Below, one piece after another: positions 50,207 through 60,126 of a DNA stretch of 64,000 nt. The stretch lies in IMG/VR virus record IMGVR_UViG_3300032309_002680; one strand, 5' to 3'. This DNA is from an uncultured virus (IMG/VR IMGVR_UViG_3300032309_002680) (taxonomy: Duplodnaviria > Heunggongvirae > Uroviricota > Caudoviricetes). Both the position numbers and the translations under genes were made by a program. Numbering within the stretch: position 1 is the first letter of the stretch; each line of letters starts with the position of its first letter. Below the pieces are notes generated by a model, which saw only the letters and a program-made list of their open reading frames with translations, did not search any database and was not told the DNA's origin.

Positions 50207-50425
50207 ATGACATATGAATTAACAAATGAAGAAAAAAGCAAGGTTGTAGAAACAAGGCTTAAGAGTCTTGAGTATTCTATATACAATGTAAATCTTTCTA
50301 AAAGAGAAGAGAACGCAAAATCAACTCCCGATCAAGGAGCTCTTGCGGACTACAACATCCAGCTAGCAGATTTTAATTCTCGAAAGAGTCTTCTTGAATC
50401 AGAACTAGCACTACTAGAAGAATAA
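50207..50425 (+). CDS. Small coiled-coil hypothetical protein
   Basis: GGAGG RBS; TGCTATAAT box upstream. Confidence 0.65.
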   Translation: MTYELTNEEKSKVVETRLKSLEYSIYNVNLSKREENAKSTPDQGALADYNIQLADFNSRKSLLESELALLEE

Positions 50426-50433
50426 GATAAAAA

Positions 50434-50622
50434 ATGACAGATAAAGCAGAGTTAGTCGTTACAGCCCTGCAGCAACGCATAGGGGAAATTGTATCTAACT
50501 ATGAAACTCAGATAGCAGTATTGCGTGCAGAAATTACTTTACTAATAGATCAAAATCAAGAGCGTGAAAAGTCTATTAAAGAATACTCAGATAGCCTAGA
50601 CAATATTGTGAAAGAAGGTTAA
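50434..50622 (+). CDS. Small coiled-coil hypothetical protein
   Basis: 62-aa in-operon ORF. Confidence 0.6.
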   Translation: MTDKAELVVTALQQRIGEIVSNYETQIAVLRAEITLLIDQNQEREKSIKEYSDSLDNIVKEG

Positions 50623-50624
50623 TT

Positions 50625-51032
50625 GTGGCAACTTTAAAACAACCAATATTTAATGATGGAGAGCCTTTAGACGCTAGCAAATTAAACGATTTAAAAGATG
50701 GTTTAACAAAAACTTATCAAATTGCTCAAGGTCTACAAAATACTTTAGAAGACGGAACCACAACAATTCCAGTAATTTCTGGTGGTTCCATTACAATTCC
50801 AGCAGTAACTTCTGCTTCTGGAGGTCCGTCTGCAATAGTAGATTTGCCAGTAGATGCAAAGTTTAATGGAGAAACTCCTATTTATACAATTAGTATTGGT
50901 GGTGGCTCTATTAGTCCTGGAAGACAAATCACTCTCAGGATAATTAATGGCAAACAAGTTCAATACTTTTCTAACGGACCCGTTGGAGAGCTAAAAATAA
51001 ACTATATTGCTTTTAAAGAAAAGGCTAATTAA
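50625..51032 (+). CDS. Hypothetical protein, possibly structural
   Basis: FNDGEPLDASKLN N-terminus of the kind seen on fibre proteins. Confidence 0.5.
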   Translation: MATLKQPIFNDGEPLDASKLNDLKDGLTKTYQIAQGLQNTLEDGTTTIPVISGGSITIPAVTSASGGPSAIVDLPVDAKFNGETPIYTISIGGGSISPGRQITLRIINGKQVQYFSNGPVGELKINYIAFKEKAN

Positions 51033-51035
51033 ATA

Positions 51036-51101
51036 TTGACAGACTGTCATTATATGTTAAAATATAGGTAGTACTCAAAGTCACAAAATTGTGACTTTTT
51101 T
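51036..51101 (+). promoter_or_regulatory. Promoter with two inverted repeats at the start of the replication region
   Basis: TTGACA-16-TAAAAT; TGACAG-A-CTGTCA overlaps the -35; AAAGTCACAA-AA-TTGTGACTTT downstream. Confidence 0.55.
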
Positions 51102-51117
51102 AATTTAAGGATATTAA

Positions 51118-51933
51118 ATGTCTAACGACTTAAAATGGATGCTGTCATCAGATCAGCAATTTCCATATCAAGATGATAAAATGATTGATCTTTGGTTTAA
51201 GGTTATGAAGTGGTTTAAGCCAGATGTTGTAGACTATCTTGGCGACACAGATGATCAGGCTTGCTACAGTAGGTTTACAGAAGGAAAGCCAACAGAGTTT
51301 TTAAAGGCATACAAGAATGACGACGTAACAAATGATTTAGAGTTAATGCTAAAAGACATGAAGTTTGAGGCAAGTGGTGCCCGTGAATTTTATGAAAGAA
51401 CAAGAAAGATGCTTCCAAACGCACAACTATTCTCAGCGTTAGGAAATCATGATATTAGAATTTTTGATTATTTGGATAAGAAAATTCCTGAATATGCAAA
51501 GCATGTTACCCCAGAAGCTTTATGGAGTTTAGATTCATTAGGATATGATTATATTTATTATAATGAATTGCCAAAGAAACGTTTTGGAGATATCCACGTT
51601 CATCATGGAATTTCAATTTCAGCAACAGGGTCGGTTAGAAAAGACATGGAAGATTTACAAGTATCTTTAATCAGAGGACATTCTCATAGGATTGCATCTC
51701 ATTTAGTTACTTATGAATTAAGAAATAAAGGCAAGGGAGAAACTTTGCGTGGATATGAGATTGGTCATATGTGCGATGAAAAGGGTCCAGGAATGAAATA
51801 TACCCAGCATCATGACTGGCAAAAGGGATTTGCAATAGCGCATATTGAAAATGGAAAGTATCCACACGTTAATATGATACACGTATCACCAGACTATACT
51901 TGTGTAGTAGACGGGAAATTGTTTACTTTATAA
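51118..51933 (+). CDS. Calcineurin-like metallophosphoesterase
   Basis: SD.Q, LGD..D, GNHD, HHG, GHSHR motifs. Confidence 0.85.
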   Translation: MSNDLKWMLSSDQQFPYQDDKMIDLWFKVMKWFKPDVVDYLGDTDDQACYSRFTEGKPTEFLKAYKNDDVTNDLELMLKDMKFEASGAREFYERTRKMLPNAQLFSALGNHDIRIFDYLDKKIPEYAKHVTPEALWSLDSLGYDYIYYNELPKKRFGDIHVHHGISISATGSVRKDMEDLQVSLIRGHSHRIASHLVTYELRNKGKGETLRGYEIGHMCDEKGPGMKYTQHHDWQKGFAIAHIENGKYPHVNMIHVSPDYTCVVDGKLFTL

Positions 51934-52118
51934 TGAAATGTCAAAAGTGTAGAGGTAGAGTTTTTGTAGATAGAGTTTTTTCTCAAAAACTACATGTTGA
52001 ATTGTTCTGCATGCAGTGCGGGAAAAGGTGGATGATTAGTAAAGAAACGAGTGCGTTCGGAAAATGGCTAGAAAAAATGGATCAAAAGCACGCAAAAAAT
52101 TTCTCTATTTCTTCTTAA
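51933..52118 (+). CDS. Small Zn-ribbon protein
   Basis: MKCQKC...CMQCG; ATG at 51933 overlaps the upstream stop. Confidence 0.7.
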   Translation: MKCQKCRGRVFVDRVFSQKLHVELFCMQCGKRWMISKETSAFGKWLEKMDQKHAKNFSISS

Positions 52119-52543
52119 ATAACAAATTACATAAAGTAATTAGGTTATCTAGACCTAGGGACGAAGTAGTCGCCTGGTGCTATGTTGAGAAAAAAAGAAT
52201 GATGTATAGCTATTCCGAAGTTTTAAAAAAAATGGAAAACGCATATACGACAAAAGATGTAGGTTTAATTCTTGGAAGACATAAAGTTACAATTGAAGAG
52301 TATATCTTGCAAGGAAAAATAAAGAAACCTCAAAAGGTATATCCGATAAGTAATCCAGATAGCTTATGGTATAAGTTTATGTTTAGTGAGTCTGACATAC
52401 TTGACTTACATGCGTATATCCTAGAAGCTGGATATGTAAAAAATATACCCAGCAGGTCAGAATTAAGGGCACTTCTCAAAAACAATATTATATTGTATAC
52501 TAAAACTGAATCTGGATTCGTTCCAGTGTGGAAGGCGGACTAG
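52064..52543 (+). CDS. HTH (MerR/Xis-like) DNA-binding protein
   Basis: YTTKDVGLILGRHKVTIEEYILQGKI. Confidence 0.65.
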   Translation: MARKNGSKARKKFLYFFLNNKLHKVIRLSRPRDEVVAWCYVEKKRMMYSYSEVLKKMENAYTTKDVGLILGRHKVTIEEYILQGKIKKPQKVYPISNPDSLWYKFMFSESDILDLHAYILEAGYVKNIPSRSELRALLKNNIILYTKTESGFVPVWKAD

Positions 52544-52656
52544 TGGAAAAAAGCAGAGTTGTTACTTGTGATATTTGCAATAAAGATATAGAGGTTCGCT
52601 GGGGAATATTTGCTAATGAAACTTTAAATAGACACAAGAAGGCGGAGCATAAATGA
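52543..52656 (+). CDS. 37-aa C2H2-like Zn-finger mini-protein
   Basis: Read by hand: GTG start, ...CDIC...HKKAEH; overlaps both neighbours. Confidence 0.55.
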   Translation: MEKSRVVTCDICNKDIEVRWGIFANETLNRHKKAEHK

Positions 52657-52856
52657 CAACAGTAGTTAAGGTTGATCTATCCTTTACTAGAAACCTAGGA
52701 AATTTTGAAAGCATTAAAATTGGAATAGGCGTAGAAGACAATGTGCGTAATGGAGAAAATGTAGATACTGCCACTGAGCGTGTTTATAAATTTGTCGAAG
52801 AAAAGCTTATTGAAAAAACTCAAGAAATAGAGAAAGAATTAAAAAATGGAAAATGA
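52653..52856 (+). CDS. Hypothetical protein
   Basis: TRNLGNFESIKI motif; coupled to neighbours. Confidence 0.65.
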   Translation: MTTVVKVDLSFTRNLGNFESIKIGIGVEDNVRNGENVDTATERVYKFVEEKLIEKTQEIEKELKNGK

Positions 52857-53193
52857 TCTAGCCATTTCCCAGGCTGAAAAAAATAAACAGCCCTACATAA
52901 TGCTATGGAAATACGAAAAGCTTTACGAGGAAAAGTACGGCAAAAAACCAGTGTTGAATAAATTTAGAGATAAGATGGCGATGAAGGACGTTATTGAAAG
53001 CGTTGGCTTTGATAGAGGAATGACCCTTTTAGAATATTATTTTAAACTAATAAAGCATGGACATCCTTTAATATTTTTCTTATACAATTTTGACAAAATT
53101 GATTCTGCACAAAAAGAATTAGAAAAAGATAAGGCAAAAAGAAAAATTTTAAGAGAACAAACTAAAAAACTAGTAGAGGAAGTAGACGAATGA
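52846..53193 (+). CDS. Hypothetical protein upstream of helicase
   Basis: 115-aa coupled ORF. Confidence 0.65.
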   Translation: MENDLAISQAEKNKQPYIMLWKYEKLYEEKYGKKPVLNKFRDKMAMKDVIESVGFDRGMTLLEYYFKLIKHGHPLIFFLYNFDKIDSAQKELEKDKAKRKILREQTKKLVEEVDE

Positions 53194-54428
53194 ATACCGA
53201 AGCAACACTAATATCCGCAGTGTGTCAAAATAAAGACATTAGTACTCTGCTTGCAGATAACGTAGATGATCTTTTTACGTCACATAGGGATATTTGGGAG
53301 GGCTTAAAGTCTTACTATTATAAGTTTAAGGCTGTGCCAGAGGCTAGTGTTCTTCAGGAAAAGTTTCATGACTTTGACCCAGATATTAATGTAAAGGCTG
53401 AAACTGGATATTACCTAGATAAATTAAAAAATGAATACTTGTCTTCACAATTAAAAAACATACTTCTTCAATCTGGATCTGCTTTAAAGCAAGATGCTGC
53501 CTCAAGAGTACTTGCAGATATGCAAAGCAAATTGGCAAACCTTTCAAGGTTTACAAATAATGTAAGAGACTTAGACGTTATAGATTTAGACTCTGCAACA
53601 AGGCACTTCTCTTCAGTAAAAGACAGAGCTTCTGTAATGGGAGGAAGCCCAGGAATATTAACTGGATTCAAAGCAATAGATGCTGCATACCCAACTGGTA
53701 TGGCACCAGGACATTTAATTGTTGCTATTGGTTGGCCAGGAAAAGGAAAGACATGGTTTACTTCTTATCTTGCATGTAAAGCCTGGGAGCAAGGATTTAA
53801 GCCAATGATTGTTTCTTTGGAAATGTCTCCAGAAAATATGCGTGATCGTATTTATACAATGCTTGGGTCTGGATTATTTAAATCTAGCGATCTTTCTCGA
53901 GGAGATATTAATATTGATGATTTTAAATCTTGGGGTACTAAAAGATTTGAAGGAAAGAATAGTTTTGTTTTAGTTTCTAATGAAGGAAACACAGAAGTAA
54001 CTCCAGCAACTGTTCAAGGAAAGATAGATCAGCACAAGCCAGATTTAGTTATTTTAGACTATCATCAATTGTTTAATGATAATAAGAGAAGTCATTCTGA
54101 GGTAGAAAGAAACAGAAATATTTCTAGAGAGTTTAAATTGCTTGCAGTTTCAAACAACATCCCAGTTATAGATATTACAGCGGCAACAGCCGATGACGTA
54201 TCTGATCAAGATGATCCGCCAATGATGAGTCAAGTAGCTTGGTCTAAAGCGATAGAATATGATGCTGATATGGCAATGGCTATTCACAAGCATCCTGGAA
54301 CAAACTTGATTGAAGTTGTTTCTAGAAAGAATAGACACGGGCACGAGTTTGCTTTCCACTTAGACTGGGATATAAACAGAGGAATAATTAAAGAATTATA
54401 TGATTATGCACCAGCACAAAACAATTAA
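53190..54428 (+). CDS. dnaB: DnaB-like replicative helicase
   Basis: Walker A GWPGKGKT, SLEMS, VILDY, IEYDAD, KNRHG. Confidence 0.92.
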   Translation: MNTEATLISAVCQNKDISTLLADNVDDLFTSHRDIWEGLKSYYYKFKAVPEASVLQEKFHDFDPDINVKAETGYYLDKLKNEYLSSQLKNILLQSGSALKQDAASRVLADMQSKLANLSRFTNNVRDLDVIDLDSATRHFSSVKDRASVMGGSPGILTGFKAIDAAYPTGMAPGHLIVAIGWPGKGKTWFTSYLACKAWEQGFKPMIVSLEMSPENMRDRIYTMLGSGLFKSSDLSRGDINIDDFKSWGTKRFEGKNSFVLVSNEGNTEVTPATVQGKIDQHKPDLVILDYHQLFNDNKRSHSEVERNRNISREFKLLAVSNNIPVIDITAATADDVSDQDDPPMMSQVAWSKAIEYDADMAMAIHKHPGTNLIEVVSRKNRHGHEFAFHLDWDINRGIIKELYDYAPAQNN

Positions 54429-54699
54429 AAAATTTCAAATTGAAGTTTTTTTCAAAGAAGATTCTGATATGATTCGTATAAAAAATCAATACGAAAATAT
54501 TTTGACTCATGATATGAGATCAAAAGGATATGCCAGGGTACTTGACATAGACACAGCATTTTCGGTAGAATTTACAGGTGAAACATGGAAGTTCTTAATG
54601 ACCTTACATGGTATATATGTAGGAAGGAGGAAGGCATGGGAATCGTCAGGGATAACGCAAGGAAAAGTAATTCCACGCAGTATGCACCAAACCATATAA
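54400..54699 (+). CDS. Hypothetical protein
   Basis: 99-aa ORF between helicase and primase. Confidence 0.6.
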   Translation: MIMHQHKTIKKFQIEVFFKEDSDMIRIKNQYENILTHDMRSKGYARVLDIDTAFSVEFTGETWKFLMTLHGIYVGRRKAWESSGITQGKVIPRSMHQTI

Positions 54700-55634
54700 A
54701 GTCTGTTGTTAAAGAAATTGGACTAAGGATAATTAGTGAGTCTAATCATAATTTAGTTTTGTATTGTCCATTTCATAACAATACTCATACGCCTTGCTTT
54801 TATATTAGCGAAGAAAATGGAGCATGGATATGCTTCAACCCAGCATGTGCGGAATCTGGAAACATTATTCAATTAGTTAAAAGAATTTGTAATAAAAATG
54901 ATTTTGAAGCTATAAGATTGGTTTCAAACAAAGAGAGTGAGTCCTTAGATAATTTTGATATTCTTTTAAGCCAAGCCTTAGAAGATAAGCCAGAGTTTGT
55001 TGAGTTTGATTCCAAGAAATTAGATGAGCTTTATTTGGGACTAACTCTTAGTAAAGAAGCAAGAGATTATTTTGAGACAAGAGGGATAAATTCAGAGTCT
55101 ATGAATTATTTCAGACTGGGTTACTCTGAATCTCAAAACATGGTAGTTGTTCCAGTACACAGCCCAGACGGACTTCCAGTAGGAATAGTTGGAAGATCTA
55201 TAGTTGAAAAAAAATTTAAAAATAGTACCAACCTTCCCAAGAACCAAACATTGTTTAATATACACAGGGCAAAGAAAATTGGTAGCCACGTAATCATTGT
55301 TGAATCTAGTTTTGATGCTATCAGGGTACATCAGGCTGGATTCCCAAATGTTGTTGCCACTCTAGGGGGTCACCTATCAAGCAACAATCTTAATTTGTTA
55401 AATAGATACTTTACAAAAATTACTATAATGACAGACGCAGATTCAGCTGGCAGAGAACTTGGATTATCTATTTCTTCTAGTTTAAAAAATAAAGATATTC
55501 TTTGGGCTTCTTGTGAATATGGTAAAGTTTATCAAAATAATGCGAAAGACGCAGGAGATTTATCAGAAAAAGAAATTAAGGAATGCATAATAAATTCAGT
55601 GTCCGATGTGGAATACAAATCCTGGACATTATGA
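54636..55634 (+). CDS. dnaG: DNA primase (CHC2 Zn finger + TOPRIM)
   Basis: CPFH...CFNPAC, IVESSFD, D.D.AG, KDAGD; AGGAGG RBS before ATG 54636. Confidence 0.9.
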   Translation: MGIVRDNARKSNSTQYAPNHIKSVVKEIGLRIISESNHNLVLYCPFHNNTHTPCFYISEENGAWICFNPACAESGNIIQLVKRICNKNDFEAIRLVSNKESESLDNFDILLSQALEDKPEFVEFDSKKLDELYLGLTLSKEARDYFETRGINSESMNYFRLGYSESQNMVVVPVHSPDGLPVGIVGRSIVEKKFKNSTNLPKNQTLFNIHRAKKIGSHVIIVESSFDAIRVHQAGFPNVVATLGGHLSSNNLNLLNRYFTKITIMTDADSAGRELGLSISSSLKNKDILWASCEYGKVYQNNAKDAGDLSEKEIKECIINSVSDVEYKSWTL

Positions 55635-55685
55635 TACAATGGTAAAACAGATGGATCTATACCATCAACTACAAAAGGAGAAGAA

Positions 55686-56354
55686 ATGAGCATAGTAAAA
55701 GGTCTAAAAGACCTAAATAAAGCACTAGACAAGCCTGTATATTCAGGCGGAGAAGAAAATAAAGGTCGTTGGTTAAAAATTGAAGATGGAGAAAGCGTTA
55801 AGATTAGATTTCTTCAAGAGTTGGATGCAGATTCACCCAACTACAATGACAAACTCGGATGTGGATTTATTGCCTTAGAACATACCAATCCAAAAGATTA
55901 TCGAAGAAAAGCTCTAGACACCATGGAGTCAGAAGGACGCGACTGGGCGCAAGAACAACATCGCAAAGATCCAAAGGCTGGATGGAAAGCTAGAACCCGT
56001 ATTTATATCAATGTATTAGTTGATGACGGAAAGAATGATCCATATGTTGCAATATTGTCTCAGGGAACAAGTGGAAAAACAATTACTCCTACATTAATCG
56101 AATACGCTGGTGAAATGGGAAGTATTACAAATTTAAATTGGCGAATTAAAAGAAATGGTAGCAAGACAGACACAAGCTACACAATTATTCCTTTGGCCAA
56201 AGATGAAACACCTTTTGATTTTTCAAAATTAGAACTATTTGATCTTGAAAAAACTGCTGTAAGGAGTGTTCCATACGCAGAACAAGAGTCTTTCTACATG
56301 GGAGAGTCCTCACAAGAACTAGCAGTTGCCTCAACTGGTAGCGTAGAGTGGTAA
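55686..56354 (+). CDS. Single-stranded DNA-binding protein (gp32-like)
   Basis: DGESVKIRFL, IKR.G...DTSY motifs, acidic C-terminus, replication context. Confidence 0.7.
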   Translation: MSIVKGLKDLNKALDKPVYSGGEENKGRWLKIEDGESVKIRFLQELDADSPNYNDKLGCGFIALEHTNPKDYRRKALDTMESEGRDWAQEQHRKDPKAGWKARTRIYINVLVDDGKNDPYVAILSQGTSGKTITPTLIEYAGEMGSITNLNWRIKRNGSKTDTSYTIIPLAKDETPFDFSKLELFDLEKTAVRSVPYAEQESFYMGESSQELAVASTGSVEW

Positions 56355-56364
56355 ATTAAATATG

Positions 56365-56398
56365 CTGGGGGTGGCTCTTGCCACCCCTAGTTTTATTT
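56365..56398 (+). terminator. Intrinsic terminator after SSB
   Basis: CTGGGGGTGGC / GCCACCCCTAG stem followed by TTTTATTT. Confidence 0.8.
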
Positions 56399-56412
56399 AG
56401 TAAAATATAATT

Positions 56413-56619
56413 ATGACTACATACGATATACCAGATCCATTTCAAGAATTTGTGTATAATAAATATAAAAATTATGTAGGAGCAGTGTACAACATTTTTG
56501 CCAGAGAGTGGCATGTAAAGTGTGGCTGCTGCAAGAAAGATATATACGCACCAACTAAAAAAACATTAACTAGTACCAGGCTGTATCACACCAGAAACGA
56601 ATGTCAAGGCGGTTATTAA
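56413..56619 (+). CDS. Small Cys/His-containing hypothetical protein
   Basis: CGCC...H....C; leaderless-type promoter TTGCCA-17-TAAAAT. Confidence 0.6.
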   Translation: MTTYDIPDPFQEFVYNKYKNYVGAVYNIFAREWHVKCGCCKKDIYAPTKKTLTSTRLYHTRNECQGGY

Positions 56620-59600
56620 TGAGTTTTACACATCTACACGTTCATTCATATTATTCTTTAATGGACGGGCTTAATTCTCCAAAAGAGTTATGCCAAGCAG
56701 CAATAGACGCTGGCCAAACATCTATAGCAATTACAGATCATGGAACATTGTCATCCCACAGAGAAATGCAAATTGCTGCAAAAGAATTAGGCATTAAGCC
56801 AATTCTTGGAGTAGAAGCTTACATATCCCCAACAGATAGATTTGATAAATCGTCTGCAACAGACAAAAGCATACAAGCATACAACCACATTATCCTGCTG
56901 GCTAAAAATAAAAACGGATTAAAGAATATTAACTCATTACAAGAGATAGCTTGGAATGAAGGGTTTTACCATAAGCCTAGAATTGATATGGAGATACTAA
57001 AAGAATATGCAAAAGATATTATTGTTCTTTCTGGATGCCTTAATGGACTTATTAGTAAGTGCATTGAAAAAGAAGAGTTTGAGGAAGCGGAAAATATACT
57101 TAAAGATTTTAAGAAAACTTTTGGCGAAGATTTTTACATTGAGGTACAATCTCACAATCCAAAAGAAATAAATAGCAAGTTGCTAGAATTAGCAGACAAA
57201 CTAGGGATTAAGCCAGTAGCAACTGGAGATGCCCATTACGCAAAGGGCGAAGATAAGACTTTAGAAGAAGCAATGCTTATTCTATCTACATCTCCTAAAT
57301 CAGATAAGGAATCAGACTTTGAGGTTTCGAGGGGAATGGGAAATGTACTAGACAGACTTAATTACCTATATCCAGACAGAAGAATATCATTCCAAGACTA
57401 TAATTTATTTATTCAGACTAGAGAAGAAATTGAATCCGACTTTAACAAATGTGACATTAAACGAGTAGACATTTATGAAAATACTATGGAGATAGCGGAA
57501 AAAATTGGAGAATACGATTTTAACAGGGGTCTAGACCTACTCCCTATCCCAAAGACCAATGCCGACCAAAAGCTGTCTGATATGGCCTTTGAGGGCCTAG
57601 AAAGGCTACGCCTAAGAGAGAACTGGCTAGGAAATGACGTATATGACCAAAGGCTTATAGAAGAGCTTGAGATTATTAAAGATAAAAATTTCTCCTCTTA
57701 TTTTCTAGTTGTTGCAGATATGATTAATTGGGCTAAAGAAAATGACATAATGGTTGGCCCAGGACGTGGTTCGGCAGCAGGATCATTAGTTTGTTATGCC
57801 TTGGGAATTACAGATGTCGATCCAATTGAGTACGACCTTTTGTTCTTTAGATTTATTAACCCAGACCGTAACGATTTTCCAGATATTGATACTGATTTTG
57901 AAGATCGTCGACGCAAAGAAGTAAAAGATTATCTTAAGAAGAAATTCAAACACGTTGCGTCCATATCAACTTTTACTTATTTTAAAGACAAGGGAGTCGT
58001 AAGAGATGCTGCTCGTGTATTTATGGTTCCACTGTCTGATGTAAATAGGGCAATGAAGCAAGTTGATACATTTGAAGATTTTATGGATTCGCCTAATACA
58101 AAAGAATTTAGAATGAAGTATCCAGAAGTTTTATGGCTTGCAGAAAAGTTACGTGGAAAAATTAGAAGTGTTGGTGTTCACGCTGCTGGAGTAGTTGTGG
58201 CAAAAGAAGATTTAAGAAATTTTGCTCCAATAGAATCTAGAGAAGATCCTCAAGATAAAGTTTCGGGCAGAATACCAGTAGTTGCATACGACATGGATAC
58301 GGTTGCTGATATTGGATTAATTAAAGTAGATGCTCTTGGTCTAAAAACTCTTTCTGTTATTTCTGATACTATTAAAGCAATTAAAGAAAGATCTGGCAAA
58401 GAAATTAAATTGTCTCAATTAGACTTTAAAGATCCAAAGGTTTATAAAAATTTAAGCGAGGGTTATACTAAAGGAGTGTTTCAAGCAGAAGCAGTGCCTT
58501 ACACAAACTTGTTAATAAAAATGGGAGTAGATAAATTTGAAGACTTGGCTGCCTCCAACGCTTTAGTGAGACCAGGAGCTATGAATACAGTAGGAGTTTC
58601 TTACGTAGCAAGAAAACGTGGGCAAGAACCTACGCAATATGTTCATGAAATAATGCGTCCTTTTACAGAAAACACATATGGTGTTATCATATATCAAGAG
58701 CAAGTCATGCAGGCTTGCGTACACCTAGGTGGTATGTCTTGGTCAGAAGCTGATAAGGTTCGCAAGATTATCGGAAAGAAAAAAGATGCAAAAGAATTCG
58801 ACCAGTTCAAGGATCAGTTTGTTGCTGGGGCTTCAAAACACATTTCTGAGAAAAAGGCCCAGTCTTTATGGAGTGACTTTGAGGCTCATGCTGGCTACTC
58901 TTTTAATCGTAGTCATGCTGTTGCTTATTCCATGCTTACTTATTATACGGCTTGGCTTAAAACTTATTACCCTCTTGAGTTTATGTTCTCGGTTCTTAAA
59001 AACGAAAATGATAAAGATGCTAAAACGGGCTACCTTATTGAAGCAAAAAGATTAAACCTTAAGATACTTCTTCCAGACATAAACAATTCAAATGTTTATT
59101 TTTCATTAAAAGAAGATGCAATGCAATTTGGATTAGCAGATATAAAGTTTATATCTGACAGTATAGCTAACAAAATTATAGAGAGAAGGCCTTATGCCAA
59201 TTATTCCGATTTCATTCAAAAAGCCTCTGCGAAAGGTAGCGGGATTAATAGTAGGGCTGTATCTGCTCTTAATGCTATTGGTGGTGCTTCTTTTGAGGAC
59301 AATCCCAGAACTGGTAAGGAAAAAGAAAACTACTACGAATACCTAAGCATTCCTACCTTTACAGTAGATTTGCCACCAAGAATTAAATCACAGGCAAGAC
59401 CAATTTCAGAATTTGAAGACCTAGGATCTTTCCCTTTGTTTGGAATGGTTAAGAGCATTAAGAGGGGAACAGGTTGGTCACGAATTGAAATTGTAGACGA
59501 GACTGGTACCGTAGGTTTATTCCATACAGAGCAAACTCAAATTGAAACTGGACAGATGTATTTTATACTAGTTGGAGATAATAGAATTGCAAGGTATATT

Positions 59601-59897
59601 AAGGTTTCTGAAATAGACCCAAATGGAACAGATCTGTTTGTCGATTATTTATATAGAAAAGAATATGACATGGAAGAAGATGAGCAAATGGTAGTTAATT
59701 TTAGTCCATACAAAACTAAAGCTGGAAAAACTATGGCGCATATTGTCATGACAGACAAGAATAAGAATTTAACTAGAGCAATTGCATTTCCAACAATGTA
59801 TTCAAAAGTTTTAGGCAAAATGCGTGAAGGAATGAAAAGTAAGCCAGTTCTATCAAAACTAGATGATGGAACCTTAATGATAAAGGAGATAAAATGA
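56619..59897 (+). CDS. dnaE: DNA polymerase III alpha subunit (family C)
   Basis: PHP motifs HLHVHS, TDHG, GDAHY; GRGSAAGS; PDIDTD; HAAG; YSFNRSH. Confidence 0.96.
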   Translation: MSFTHLHVHSYYSLMDGLNSPKELCQAAIDAGQTSIAITDHGTLSSHREMQIAAKELGIKPILGVEAYISPTDRFDKSSATDKSIQAYNHIILLAKNKNGLKNINSLQEIAWNEGFYHKPRIDMEILKEYAKDIIVLSGCLNGLISKCIEKEEFEEAENILKDFKKTFGEDFYIEVQSHNPKEINSKLLELADKLGIKPVATGDAHYAKGEDKTLEEAMLILSTSPKSDKESDFEVSRGMGNVLDRLNYLYPDRRISFQDYNLFIQTREEIESDFNKCDIKRVDIYENTMEIAEKIGEYDFNRGLDLLPIPKTNADQKLSDMAFEGLERLRLRENWLGNDVYDQRLIEELEIIKDKNFSSYFLVVADMINWAKENDIMVGPGRGSAAGSLVCYALGITDVDPIEYDLLFFRFINPDRNDFPDIDTDFEDRRRKEVKDYLKKKFKHVASISTFTYFKDKGVVRDAARVFMVPLSDVNRAMKQVDTFEDFMDSPNTKEFRMKYPEVLWLAEKLRGKIRSVGVHAAGVVVAKEDLRNFAPIESREDPQDKVSGRIPVVAYDMDTVADIGLIKVDALGLKTLSVISDTIKAIKERSGKEIKLSQLDFKDPKVYKNLSEGYTKGVFQAEAVPYTNLLIKMGVDKFEDLAASNALVRPGAMNTVGVSYVARKRGQEPTQYVHEIMRPFTENTYGVIIYQEQVMQACVHLGGMSWSEADKVRKIIGKKKDAKEFDQFKDQFVAGASKHISEKKAQSLWSDFEAHAGYSFNRSHAVAYSMLTYYTAWLKTYYPLEFMFSVLKNENDKDAKTGYLIEAKRLNLKILLPDINNSNVYFSLKEDAMQFGLADIKFISDSIANKIIERRPYANYSDFIQKASAKGSGINSRAVSALNAIGGASFEDNPRTGKEKENYYEYLSIPTFTVDLPPRIKSQARPISEFEDLGSFPLFGMVKSIKRGTGWSRIEIVDETGTVGLFHTEQTQIETGQMYFILVGDNRIARYIKVSEIDPNGTDLFVDYLYRKEYDMEEDEQMVVNFSPYKTKAGKTMAHIVMTDKNKNLTRAIAFPTMYSKVLGKMREGMKSKPVLSKLDDGTLMIKEIK

Positions 59898-60124
59898 CAG
59901 ACAGCGCCTCAGAGATATTTAAAGCAATGAGTTCTTCAAAGATACTCGTAGCAATATTAAAAACTCAAAAAGAGGTTTTAGTCCCTATTGATATATTTTT
60001 TGGATTAGGGGATGAAGAGAATTTAAAGGTAGAGTTCGATGATGTTTCAAGAAATTTTGTATTTAAGTTGTCGGAAAATTCTGGCGAAAAAAATGCTATA
60101 ATGGAAGAAACAGAGAAAGAATAA
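59894..60124 (+). CDS. Hypothetical protein
   Basis: 76-aa coupled ORF with AAGGAG RBS. Confidence 0.6.
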   Translation: MTDSASEIFKAMSSSKILVAILKTQKEVLVPIDIFFGLGDEENLKVEFDDVSRNFVFKLSENSGEKNAIMEETEKE

Positions 60125-60126
60125 AA

